From Botryllus schlosseri (taxonomy: Eukaryota): DNA of 64,000 nucleotides. The position numbers were made by a program, and so were the translations under genes. The notes beneath the pieces were generated by a model. It was not told the DNA's origin. It was given only the letters and a program-made list of their open reading frames with translations, and ran no database searches. Shown here piece by piece: positions 13,953 through 26,220 of this stretch (the stretch's first letter is position 1; every line of letters begins with the position of its first letter). Where the stretch lies: positions 374,001 through 438,000 of the forward strand of contig CM119373.1 of NCBI GenBank assembly GCA_051294905.1, in the 5' to 3' direction.

Positions 13953-14859
13953 CAGTGTTGGGATGACTCGAGTCACTTTGCTTGACTTGACTCGATGTTT
14001 CAGAAATGCGGATTGACTCGTGACTCGAAGCAAAATTTACGAGTCAATTTCAAGTCATCAATCGATGTCGACTAAATCGCTGTAGCTATTGTATACGTTC
14101 GAATTGTCAACGATACGCCGATGTGACCTGTGAGAGCAATCAATCATTCAATAATTATGCGTTGCACCGCCCCTCGATTGTTATATAAGAAATAAATTGA
14201 TGGCAACCGCAGTTGTCGGAGCTTGCAGCTTACGTTGTCGTAAACTAGTAGTAAAGTAGTATAGCCTACTAGCAATGCATCTCTGTTCTATAAACTGCTC
14301 ACAGTTCTCAGTGCTCACCTTAACCAACCCTTTTGTATGATATAAATCGAACGAATATCGTCTATACGTTTATAATTGTATATCATGGATAAGTAGGTGG
14401 GTGGGGTATTGCACCATATCCTCTTTACAACATTCTGAGGTTTCGTATTTTATCCTGTGTTGTGGCGGATAATTCTAGACTGCGGCTACCGCTACTTGCG
14501 TAGTTTAGCAGTTCTACGTATGCGTGATCGATACGGCACTTTTATTGCGTGTATAAATCAACTCTTTATTCGTTTTTCGATTCATAATAAATGGGGAATC
14601 CATCTGTATTTAACACAGCATAATGCAATGACTTTTGAATTATGTCTGGTACTTTGAAAATTCAACTTGACTCGACTATCGACTTGACTCGTGACTTGAC
14701 TCGAGTCACCTCCAAAAATCGAGTGACTTGACTTGACTTGACTCGAGTCACCCTTGAAAATCGATTGACTTGTCGATAGACTTGACTTGACTCGAGTCAA
14801 AATGTCCAATGACTCGAAATAACTCGTGACTCGAAGTTGGTGACTTGATCCCAACACTG
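13953..14859. mobile_element. Non-autonomous hAT element / MITE
   Basis: TIR cagtgttgggat...atcccaacactg. Perfect 8-bp TSD cttgtacg at 13945-13952 and 14860-14867. gactcgagtc/gacttgact subterminal repeats. Confidence 0.9.
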
Positions 14860-14926
14860 CTTGTACGTCGCTACAATTTTGCCTTAAAAGTAATCTAGTA
14901 GAACAGGAAGTAGTGTACAAACCCAG
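14855..14926 (+). repeat. 72-bp direct duplication flanking the tandem insertion (second copy 19642-19713)
   Basis: cactgcttgtacgtcgctac...gtgtacaaacccag is identical at both sites. Confidence 0.9.
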
Positions 14927-17166
14927 CCAGGTGCAAATAATGAACGTATGAACCATTAAGTAGTAGGCCTATAGATGATACGAACCCTATCCATTCGATG
15001 GTGTTATGGCGGATGAAACACGAGTCACCTGACAATTCGTATCTTCAATATATTCGTATGCAAGCAAAGACAGTTCGGAATATGGAATTGTTGTTTGTTA
15101 GTAGTCGTTAGCGACAAAACTACTTCATATTGTGACGCAATATACGCATGTGTAGTATGCTAGGTAATTATGGCTCATGTAATTGAAAATATACACGATA
15201 TCATCTATGGGTTGGGTTACAGAATACATATAAAAACAATACAATTATATATGATCGGGTTAGGGTTACGGTTTGGGTATAGTATATAGTAAAGTATAAC
15301 GAAATATTGCTATAAATCTACGTGTTAGGGTTAAGATTTGGTATAGTATATATAAGCTGAAGAAATAAAAATATTTTTTTCTAGGGTTGTAGGAATTAGG
15401 ATGAGGTATAGGAAATCGAAAAGGTGGTTTGTCAGATAAGATGTTATATAATATCCAGTGGTCTGGTTGATTAGCCAATCTAAGAACTACACAGACGGAG
15501 TTACGATCGAATACCGTGATCCGGAGTCGTTCATAGTTGTAAGCTGCCGAAGGCAGCATAGCGGTAAAAGCTTGAAACACTGCGCCCGCAGGGGCGCAGT
15601 CTAGGGCTTCCGCGAATGGATCCACCAGATTCCTTGTCGGGGTTTAAAGAGAATGTATTATATATGTTGCTCAACAATTTGGTTAACAAGACATTCTGGT
15701 GTTTTACGATAGGATCTTCCTCGGTAAGATGTCATAGGCGGGCTTGACCCTACCAACAAGAATTCAAAGATTGGACGTTTTGGGTGGATATCATGTAACA
15801 TAAAATCTGGGAATATTTAAGATTAGGAGTCCTTATGGTAAGATACAGTATAAATAAAGGTAAAGCCACAATAAGGAAATAAAATAGATATCATAATTTA
15901 TAGTATAAGCAGAGGGAAGTAATGTAGCAGCATGAATATGACTCAGTCCAAAGCAACTCTACCATGGCACCTCACGTCGTCAGGGGTGGTAAAGGCGTAG
16001 GTAGGGCGTATTAGCCTCTCCTTTTCTGTAGCAAATACCGGTAATGCTTACGACCCGAAGGAGCAGTTGCAAATCTTTTTTAAGTTTTGGAGTCATGTTC
16101 CTAATGCTACATTACGAAGATGAGAATGAAATCATAAGATAGTATAGGAGTAAAGAGCGTAAATTAAAGTAGGTAATTGAACAGGAATAGGTGCAAATAA
16201 TGAACGTATGAACCATTAAGTAGTAGGCCTATAGATGATACGAACCCTATCCATTCGATGGTGTTATGGCGGATGAAACACGAGTCACCTGACAATTCGT
16301 ATCTTCAATATATTCGTATGCAAGCAAAGACAGTTCGGAATATGGAATTGTTGTTTGTTAGTAGTCGTTAGCGACAAAACTACTTCATATTGTGACGCAA
16401 TATACGCATGTGTAGTATGCTAGGTAATTATGGCTCATGTAATTGAAAATATACACGATATCATCTATGGGTTGGGTTACAGTATAGAGACTGTAGGATG
16501 GAGCGACGACCCATTGTTCTAAGTTTAGATCCGTCACGCTTGACTTTGCGGAGTAAAATTCCATTCGCGAGAGTCCGATTGTCCTATTTTACATGTAAAA
16601 GTATAGGCTATTTCGGAAATACAGGGACGAATTTGACCGCCGAGAAAGGGTGGAAATATTCTAGCTAGACGTTTCAAATTTTGCATGTTACGAGGAAGCA
16701 TCAATATGTTCTCACTATAAAAATTTCACAACTGGCCTCCACCCAGAACACGTTTAAAATCAATTTCCCGCAATGCCTTATTCAGCGATAACTCTCCGCG
16801 GCCGAATCCCGTAAACTCGTAGACAATGCTATGATTGATAAAAGGCTTTATGCGGTAACTGAGTGGCCGCTGATACCAATACAAAACTGCCCAAACTATT
16901 TTCTGTGCATAAGCAACCGATGAAAAAAACGAATAGACTACACGGAAAGCGGATGAAAGAGAGCGACGAAAAGATTATCACTACATCCAAAAGATCAATA
17001 TCGTACACTGTTTCATCGGGCATCAGGCCTATGTTACATTGGAAGACTGTACTTGTTCGTTTTGACATCTTCTTTTCTGTTCACTAGGCTACATCGCATT
17101 GTCTTATATCCCGTTGTACATTTCGCGTCTTTAGTAGTTAAAAATAATAGATCCTCCGCGGCAATT

Positions 17167-17540
17167 ATGGCCAAAAACTGCGCTATCCCTGGATGTACCT
17201 ATGTGAACATTCCGCGTAGTGATCAATCTCGTAAGAGGTCCTTATTCACGGTACGAAGACCAGAGCTGTTAAGGAATGAAGCGGCCCAGAAGCAGCACGC
17301 AGCAATGGCCAGCCTCCTTCTTTCCATCAGGGACCCCTCAAAAGGAGATCGTATCAAGACGTTGCTCCATAAGGAGACGTAAGTAAAGCAGCTGTCTCAA
17401 CTTCATCAGAATTAACAGTGTAATTTATAATAGAGCCGCAATCCGCGAAAATTATTTTGAGAGCGACATCATTCGTCAGCTCAAAACCAGAAAGCAACTG
17501 AAAGTGGGAGCTCTGCCTAAGCTAAATTTGCCTGAAAGAT
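17167..17540 (+). pseudogene. THAP domain remnant (2 exons); catalytic transposase core deleted
   Basis: MAKNCAIPGC...SLFTVRRP, then a short intron, then AAIRENYFESDII...LKVGALPKLNLPE. The C..HF motif has decayed to R..YF and an AVP-like box remains. Ends at a 33-bp tandem duplication (~17540-17606). Confidence 0.7.
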
Positions 17541-17604
17541 GTAGCACAATCATAAAGGTATGCAGGGTAGGCTGTAGCACAATCATAAAGGTATGCAGGG
17601 TAGG

Positions 17605-18276
17605 CTATCTCTCACTCAGATCAAGAAACCAATGCACCAAACGATTCCAATTGATATATTTATTCATATAGAAAGAAAGGAAGATACCTTTTCCAAGAAA
17701 AGAGTTGCCAAAGACAGTGAGGCACAAAAATATTCCAGATTTGGTACAATATACCAATATACCCCCCGATTCCCTGCTATTGATACCAGACATTCTTGCA
17801 GTGAAAACTTTTTCCTCAGCTTGGTGAACAAGTGCATCAACAATCTTCACGAGCAAAGATGCAGCAAGAAGCTGATGCTGCAGTCCAAGAAGGTTGCTTG
17901 CCTGCTGGCAAATGTTGGAGTAGTATTGATAAATGCCATCAGTACCAACGTCACAGAACACAGCATTCAAGCGTTTGACAAGTGGAACAATAAGATTTAA
18001 ATCCAATTCCTCAAATCGTGGTCCACACCTGGAAATAGAATGACAATTACGGCAAGCAATCTTCAAAATGTCCACTATTCGATCGATGTCAATTTGCTCA
18101 GTTGGTGACGGGAGCTTATGCACTTTCCCGTGCTTCTTGAGTTCCCTTACGGTGGGAAATATGGCTTCACAGACGTCACAACTTATTCCACTCCACTCAT
18201 CCAATCCTTCAAAGCATTGGGAAATTTCCTCCTCGGTGATGGATTCCCAATCCTCCCACAATGATTCTTCGGCCAT
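17605..18276 (-). CDS. C2H2 zinc-finger protein carried by the P-like element; probably 3'-truncated
   Basis: 223-aa ORF with an acidic N-terminus and CDVCEAIFPTVRELKKHGKVH. It is convergent with the THAP remnant. Confidence 0.55.
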   Translation of the reverse strand: MAEESLWEDWESITEEEISQCFEGLDEWSGISCDVCEAIFPTVRELKKHGKVHKLPSPTEQIDIDRIVDILKIACRNCHSISRCGPRFEELDLNLIVPLVKRLNAVFCDVGTDGIYQYYSNICQQASNLLGLQHQLLAASLLVKIVDALVHQAEEKVFTARMSGINSRESGGILVYCTKSGIFLCLTVFGNSFLGKGIFLSFYMNKYINWNRLVHWFLDLSER

Positions 18277-21200
18277 AACTTTTACGAAAAAGTATCGGTT
18301 ATGAAGGAATCAGAATTTCTGTGAAAGCATAATACTCAGAATTTTATTTCCGTTTTGCTAATCAAATAACAATTACCATACCGGAACAGTACATGAAGAT
18401 AGCTCGCTAATTCTATAGTATCACATCAATGTCCTCCAATAGTACGGTAAGTGACTTATATTTTCTCGTCGGCAGGTTGAAATACATACAGATTCTGCTG
18501 AATGACGCCTTCCAGAAGGACCATGGTATGGCATACCCACTTCGCCTGCAACGAAATGCCGTTTCATTTTCATCGCCTGCCCTATTATTGTTATCTTCTA
18601 TAATCATATAATACGCCACTATAATAGCTATTATATCATAAATCATCGCTGGTATTCACCGACCGTGCGCATTGTGCAGCGATTATATACCGGTATATTC
18701 ATCGCTTCGTACGGCAACAAACGCAAGACTGTCACGCAAGTATCCAAGATATTCACTAATCAGGCCAAACATATTAAGACGTCCAATTAGTCACCGAGTC
18801 CGTTATAAGTATTCAACCTCCAATACACCGACTCATTCCCATCGATAAGCATGCATTAAACCAACCAAACACTCAACTTTCCACCGTGTGAATTCCATGT
18901 GGGATTATTAATGGTACACGTAACAATGGGTAGCTCCCTCCGCAAAGCGGAGCGTGACCTATCTAAAGGGAGTTGAAAATATTATTGCGCGCAGTGTAAA
19001 TAGAGTAGTTCAACTTATATAGATATTTCGGTATATCAATGCACTAATACCGGTATAATATCTCATATTTATAGTATTATGGGCAAAAATACCATAAATA
19101 TCCATTTTTACAAGATAATTGCTGAAAAACCACGCAAACAAAATATGTTGCGGATGAATATTAATTAGGCATTTAAATCAGTCGTCACTCCATCATACAA
19201 TCTCTATAGTTACAGAATACATATAAAAACAATACAATTATATATGATCGGGTTAGGGTTACGGTTTGGGTATAGTATATAGTAAAGTATAACGAAATAT
19301 TGCTATAAATCTACGTGTTAGGGTTAAGATTTGGTATAGTATATATAAGCTGAAGAAATAAAAATATTTTTTTCTAGGGTTGTAGGAATTAGGATGAGGT
19401 ATAGGAAATCGAAAAGGTGGTTTGTCAGATAAGATGTTATATAATATCCAGTGGTCTGGTTGATTAGCCAATCTAAGAACTACACAGACGGAGTTACGAT
19501 CGAATACCGTGATCCGGAGTCGTTCATAGTTGTAAGCTGCCGAAGGCAGCATAGCGGTAAAAGCTTGAAACACTGCGCCCGCAGGGGCGCAGTCTAGGGC
19601 TTCCGCAGTCTAGGGCTAGGGCTTCCGCAGTCTAGGGCTTCCACTGCTTGTACGTCGCTACAATTTTGCCTTAAAAGTAATCTAGTAGAACAGGAAGTAG
19701 TGTACAAACCCAGTCACTTGCGTAACTACTCCAACTAGGTAAAATCTACTTGAGTGACCTTAAAAATTACTACGTTACCGACATATTACCATCTCTGGAT
19801 ACAATCGATATGATAATATAGTCAGAGTTCGAGTTATTGTAATTAAAGGATGTACCAGTGCATGGAACGTGGGAGAGACCAGTCAATCTCTTCACAAGAG
19901 AGTAAATGGTCATCGACATGATATTGCGAAAGCCAACAAATCGAAACCGTCGGTAAACATATTCTTCGGCTGGACACTCCTAGAACGACATACTAATTAA
20001 CGTATTGATCGGTAACATTGAAGATTCTACCAAGAGATATTGACAAATTGGGTACATTCCAACAAGGGCTGAATAGAGGGTGCATGTTTCACTACACAAT
20101 GTTCACTTGACTCTTTTCTGCAAGTGTGTTACACTATAAACACCTTATCGTATCCAATTTTTAGGAGTACAAGTTACCATAGTGATCCAAACATCAACTG
20201 GATCTTAATGTCGATGACGTCATAAAGTACGCGATTTTGGAATCTGAAAGTTATCACCCACTATGATGTCATATTATACCTATGTCCAAATACAAAATCT
20301 TTTTTGCTTTGCTTTTTCTGCGTTACTTTCGCTTTAACACCCGATGCAGGAGCAGAGCTGCGAAAGCTCGTGTAACTATAATAAAGTTATATTCATACAA
20401 GTGGACGTAGAAGATGCTAAGGTATATATATATCATCGTCTACTATCGGCCCAATAAAGTAGGTAATCAAAGGGTGATTCAAATTCCGAATAGCACAAAG
20501 ATGATTAATTCTGAAAGGCTACATCCCTAATATAGTATAATTATATAGAAGACGAGTTACTGGCTCTGATGCTGATGCAAACCTAAAACCGTAGTAACAC
20601 CCATATAGCTTGGTTACTATTTTATCCGTGGTACTTCCTGAGTATCCTTCGGTGATAAATGTTATTGCTCTATTTGGAGCTGCGCCTATACGATATTCAA
20701 CTGTTGGTCGTTTCTGATATTGCTAAAAGTTGAACAAGCAGCTTCAAGGACATTTGTCGGAGTCTCTATGAAAAATTACATGCCGTCTATTATCATGCGG
20801 AAATTTGGAATCGCTGTAAACCTCAATACCAGGGGTTCTCAGCCCTTTCTTGGTCGTGGCCCATTTTCCGGTTTGAAAATGTACTGTGGCCCACCTCTTA
20901 TCCGAGATTCTTAATCTTGCTCAATGCGTGGTAGTCGACGGCGATGATATGCCTATTTGTCTAAAATATGCGCATTTTTCTCTTAATTTACTGATTATAT
21001 TTCAATCTACACCTCTAGGGACATGAAAATTTTCTAGTTGAATAAATATCCTCAACAAACGACCAACGAAATAATCTTGGGCCGGCGCCTACGATATTTA
21101 CGGCATTATCTGGTACATTACACTTGCAAGAGCTAACAGGCCGATGCTCACAAAACAGAAATTCGCTATTACTCTTGACGTAATAATGGGCGAAAGTTTT

Positions 21201-22536
21201 GATAGGACGATTACTCTCAACGTGACAATCGGCGATTGTCTCGATTTCGCTTCTCATACCGGACTCTTCGCATTTTGAAGCGAGTTTTCGAGTTGAAGGT
21301 TGACAGCTATGCTTTAAGCTGCCGTTTTGACCGTCTTGTACTATTAGGCAGGCTACAGTAATGCGATTGAAATACTCTGTAGCAGACCCCTCAAGTTTGA
21401 GTTGAAGTTTTCGAGCTCGTCGCCGCGTTTGAAATGTTACAGGATGATGCCGTGATTAGCTAAATGCTCCAGGGACGATATTCCGTATATAGTGTAGTGG
21501 AAAACGTTTAGCTGTCGTTTTGACCGGATTACAGCGTGGCGTAGGATACCGCTATGCCAGTGGTTCTCAACCTTTTTGTCCTCGCGGCACACTTTGAAAA
21601 CGAAAAATCAGTAGGGGTCTCAGCTTTCCCGTGGCCACTTACTGGCCACAGATTTTTCTGTGGCCGGCCACGAAATTTTCGTGGCCGGTCATGGAAAGGC
21701 GGTATTTCGTGGCCGGCCACAGCGAATTTCATGGCCGGCCATAATGATTCATCGTGGCCGGCCACAGGTTCGTGGCCAGTTAATGATTTTTGAATATCAT
21801 ATTGAGGTTCTGTACATCCAAGAAGCCCTTTAATGATCTTTGCTCGTCTAGATTGATTGAAACTGTCATCTTTCCATCACTGTGACTATCTGAAGCAGAT
21901 CATCTCTATTTGCACTGCGTCGGTTTGGTTTGTGAAGTATAATTACACGAATATCGTCAGTTATCAAATTATATCACTAAACCTACTACTTCATGTCGTC
22001 GGGAAGGGTCTAAAATTTCATCGGCTCGGCACATATTTACGCTTTTCCTGCATGCGTTGTAGAAATGTATTTTATCCTCTCTGACTATCACAAATTTACG
22101 GTGGGGAACGATGTAAACTCTACTAGTGCTACCACCCGAACAGAAGTTCCTTAAACCGTCCTGTCTACTTGTCCACTTGTCTTGAAATCATAATCCTCTA
22201 CATCAGAAAGTGTGTTCCTATACCAGTTTTATATAAAGGAGAGTATATAAAATCATAATTGCGAACTGCCAGCCACGCCGTCCCATCGCTAAAACGGCGT
22301 TTAGATGAACTCTTTCGGATTATCACCGCACTGACGTATTGTACACAAGGAATCCATTAATATTATACAAACGAATTGATTTTATTAGTCTGATACACAG
22401 ATTAACGAATCAAGAAAACCAGTAGAATTTATTTCGAGGCGTTACCCGAAGCGTCTCCTCTGCAATACGTCCTTTTCTGTGGTAAAAGAAACTATGAATA
22501 AGCAAAATTTCAAACCTAATAATACACAAATTTACC

Positions 22537-23070
22537 AGTAAAATCTAAAAGCATGTTCCCGAATGCCTGACGATATTGACGGCAACACTCAGTGCTCGCA
22601 GAAAAGTCGAATTCCTCGTCACCATTCAGAAAGTGCTCGGCAAACTGAAACAGCAATTGCGATTACACATGAAGAGTCTTTTGAAATTTTGAGTTACCTT
22701 CAATAACAAGACTCCGCAGTTATAAGAGTCATTCTGTTGACTATGAGTCCTGGATACGATTTCCCACCCAGTGGCAGAACTATTTGTATGGTACTTCCAG
22801 AATCCCCTGGGAGCATAGAGATATGCAGTGTCAACAACATGTAATATCTCAGTTACTCACTTCCAATTACGTTCCAAGCGGCTTCGGTAGTGTTCCTCAT
22901 TGCCCACGGGGTCGTATAAGTAGAGTGTTTTTGAATTTAGGTTAGTCGCCTGCCACAAATACATTTGATTTAATTATTAACACACCAATAAGCCGTAAGG
23001 CCCCTAGTCGCTTCCTTGTAGGGCATTAATCATATTTCCTTTCTCCTTGGTGTGAAGGATGAATCTATAA
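22537..23070 (-). pseudogene. Spliced Ulp1/SENP (peptidase C48) protease remnant
   Basis: Successive short exons read EI*LMPYKEATRGLTAYWC / ATNLNSKTLYLYDPVGNEEHYRSRLERNW / GFWKYH...THSQQNDSYNCGVLLLK / FAEHFLNG. These match the C48 HW, YD and QxNxxxCG motifs. There is a stop, and the His codon reads tat. More degraded exons probably extend to ~24260. Confidence 0.8.
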
Positions 23071-23161
23071 ACCGACCTATCCATCTTTGTATCCAATTCA
23101 TCAGTTACTTGAAGTCGAGGTAGATGCAAGTATCGTTCTAGTATTGTTATCATAAATAAGT

Positions 23162-23501
23162 TAGGCTTACCATATTTTGGAAATCAAAAAAGAGGACACT
23201 TTTTCAGAAATTTGCAACTTGCAAAACCGGAGTGAAATTCTCAAGAATCGGTGAATTTTTCCCACTTTGCGATCGGTTGACTAAAAAAAAAAGGTCAACT
23301 TGTCGCTCAGAGCTTAAATCACCGTTTTTCACCTTCACTTCTGTGCTAATATGTGGCATATCACTCGCAATTTCCTCTAAATCTGCTCTAAATCCTAAAA
23401 AAGAGGACAAAATCTCAAAAAAGAGGACAAAAGGGCGTCCTCCGAGGACACTTTCAAAAAAGAGGACAAATCCTCTTAAAAGAGGACGTATGGTAAGCCT
23501 A
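23162..23501. mobile_element. hAT Blackjack-like MITE
   Basis: TIR taggcttaccata...tatggtaagccta. TSD aaataagt on both sides. Internal aaaagaggaca repeats. Confidence 0.88.
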
Positions 23502-26029
23502 AAATAAGTCCAACCAGTAAAATCCAATGATTGACGACATGCAACGCTGTGATGAACGAGTATGTCAACGATTGATGAATCTGGAAATATTCTGTATCGA
23601 TTAATACGGAGAAGAAAAATTGTTTCTATCAAAATTGTTGATTACGTACCAATTTCTTGTGACGGGTTCCACGGTATCTACCATCACACCACCACAACGT
23701 GGAGTACTGGCAATCCAAGTACATCTCACTGCTACCTGTCTGAAATGAGTATATCTAGATAAACTTTCGGCATTTACTTTTACCCCTTTCATTCGTACAC
23801 GACTCTTATGACATGAAAGGACAGCACATAAATAGAAGAATTCAAAGAGGGAAATATTCAAATTACCCTGCTTATCCATCAACATTATGTCCAATAATAA
23901 TTTGGATTTCAATATTCACCTTAGAATTTGGAAATAGAATGAAACTCAATGGTATCGGACAAAAAGGTCGAAAGCAAATTTCTGGAAACAACAGAAGATG
24001 TGCTTGAACCCTGCCAATATTACCCAGTGCTACGTACCTGCATCACAATCATTGTCCTTTTTTACATATACAGCAAATCTGCAATGAATTAAGTCCAGGT
24101 GTCGGTACAGTAATGTACTACTCATGAATTCGTCAACGCAATTCACAGGGCACTTTAGATTACCCCCCGCATCTTCCAACAATTTTAACGCCAGGTCCCT
24201 CGAGGTTGATGGTGGCGAACATGGTATATACAGCAGGATGTCGATGATCAAATATAGACCTGTATATAACCTCATGTCGCAGACTTATCGTAGACCTGGT
24301 ACAGAAAAGAAGGATTGTATCAGCCCGGCATTACGCAATACACAGCTATTCAGCAATACGAACGATAACAAACTATGTAGTTGTTTGCAACTACATGTTC
24401 CATACCGTTGGAAAAGAGATATCAGGTCGGGGGAAGCACCGGCCACAGCGAGCCGCGAGCTGTTCTGTGGCCGGCCACAGAATGTGATGTAGATTTCACA
24501 GCGTTTCTGGAACTTAAAAGAGTATCTTCCACATATTCTTTGTTCTTTGATTCCCTAATTGTTTCGTCCGGGTACTGTGATTACGGTATTTAGTACTGAA
24601 AACGAGAAACAGGTTAAATGCCCGCATATTGACCGTTCGTTCACGTATCTCGATGAAACATATAGATTATTATGTATTCAAGGTGGTATATAGTCGAATC
24701 TACTTGAGCGTAAATCAAACAAATCTGCAGTGAAGTAAGACAATTTTCCAGTGCAGTATTGTATTATTCATAAATTCACCAGGGCAATTCACGAAAGATT
24801 TTAAACTGCTCCTACATCCTTAAACTACATATGATCCAATATATACGTATAACTTCTCATCGCAGACTTATCATAAACGATAAACATGGTTGAAAAATGA
24901 AGGACATTAATCACATTATCAATATCATATTGTTTAATCGTTCATTTTCATATTTACAAAATATAACCAACCATACATACGATTGCAACTGCACAATGCA
25001 GTAGAAAAATCAATATCAGATCGGGGGAAGCACCGGCCACAGCGAGCTCCGAGCTGTTCTGTGGCCGGCCACACAATGTCATGTGAATTTCGCAGCTTTT
25101 GTTGAACTTATACAGATTTTCTGACATATATTTGGTGCACATTGTTTTTTCCAATTCTATACAGTTGCTTACGATTAGCTCTGACGAGTCTCAGCCGAAT
25201 ATTTGGGGCTATTTCTACAAAAAAGCATCCAAATCAACACTTACCAGTTACCAGTTTTGATATGTCTTCATTGCTTCTAGCTTTCTATGCCATTATTTCC
25301 TGTTTCATTTGGCGGATATCTCCCTTTTTAATGCATTCTTTACATCATTTTGTGTGCTTCCAGTTGATATATAGAGACTATGCCAGATCGTTTCGACTTC
25401 TTCCTATCGTTTCATTGTATCGGTATTCATCTGGTATTTCGGGTGAAAATGCTTATAAACGGAGCTAAGCTCTCGCCTTCGCCTAGTTCTATTTACTGTA
25501 CGCCCATAACAGAACATAATTGATCATACATTAGACCACGATTGGGTCACGTACAGTACTTATCATCAATACTAACTTGATATATTGCAGCCGGCCATGA
25601 AATTTGGCTATGGCCGGCCATGAAATTTGGCTATGGCCGGTCATGAAATTTGGCTATGGCCGGCCATGAAATTCAGTCATGGCCGGCCATGAGAATGAGT
25701 TTGACATGGCCGGCCATGGAAATTTCATGGCCGGCCATACCGAAATTTCGTGGCCGGCCATAGAATAGCACTTTTCATGGCCGGCCACGGAATATCTGTG
25801 GCCGGCCACGAAATTATCCGTGGCCAGTAAGTGGCCACGGGAATGCTGAAAGTCCGTCTCCGAAAAATACTTCGCGGCACACTAGCACAGTGGTTCTGAA
25901 TTCTTTTGGCTTACGGCACAGGCAAACTACCAGAATGCGTATAGCAGCAACCATAGTCTTACAGAGGCGGGCAGTGGGCACTGACGAAGTACTACTACCT
26001 TTTCGGAGCACTCAAGTAAGCTTATCTCT

Positions 26030-26220
26030 GCTTGAGTTTTCTTTTATCTCAGCGGACATCTCACAAATACGTATGCGAATGGTATCATTAGACATGGGAA
26101 TCGTTTATAATTCTTCCCTAACATTTCTTTACAATTTTATTGCAGGCCGGAAGAATAACTTTCTCCGCTTCCGTGTGAGGTTTTGAATTATCCGCTTACC
26201 ACATAACTGGCCTGCTGGGA
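26030..26220 (-). pseudogene. Buster/ZBED5/SCAND3-type transposase fragment
   Basis: The minus strand reads ASYVV...SKPHTEAEKVILPACNKIVK..MLG...IPMSNDTIRIRICEMSAEIKEN, with frameshifts. Confidence 0.8.

Larger units (their letters stand above)
16483..19208 (+). mobile_element. Non-autonomous P-superfamily (THAP) DNA transposon
   Basis: ~28-bp TIR tatagagaYtgtaKgatggagYgacgac. 7-bp TSD gttacag at 16476-16482 and 19209-19215. The empty site is visible in the sister repeat at ~15216-15225. THAP remnant inside. Confidence 0.85.
14927..19641. mobile_element. Head-to-tail tandem insertion of a non-coding Helitron/Helentron-like element: a truncated copy plus a longer copy interrupted by a P-like element
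   Basis: 14929-15613 is repeated, apparently identically, as 16189-16482 plus 19216-19606. The unit has (t)agggtt motifs and hairpins gctgccgaaggcagc and actgcgccc-gcag-gggcgcagt, followed by CTAG. The class assignment is inference. Confidence 0.5.
21609..25860 (-). mobile_element. 4.25-kb TIR element with 8-bp TSD, TGGCCGGCCA subterminal arrays and a Ulp1 protease cargo
   Basis: TSD cgaaaaat at 21601-21608 and 25861-25868. Inverted termini share tcagc.ttcccgtggccacttactggccac. Many tggccggcca palindromes lie at 21660-21780 and 25590-25810. Confidence 0.85.

Noticed and set aside
15205..15400. TTAGGG-like motifs as interstitial telomere
   Set aside because: The motifs are scattered and degenerate, and are internal to the repeat unit.
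15266..15625. 119-aa ORF duplicated at 19259-19573
   Set aside because: The identity simply reflects the DNA duplication. The sequence is low-complexity with no domain.
14929..19606. Two 685-bp direct repeats read as LTRs
   Set aside because: No TG..CA ends, primer-binding site, polypurine tract or 4-6 bp TSD.
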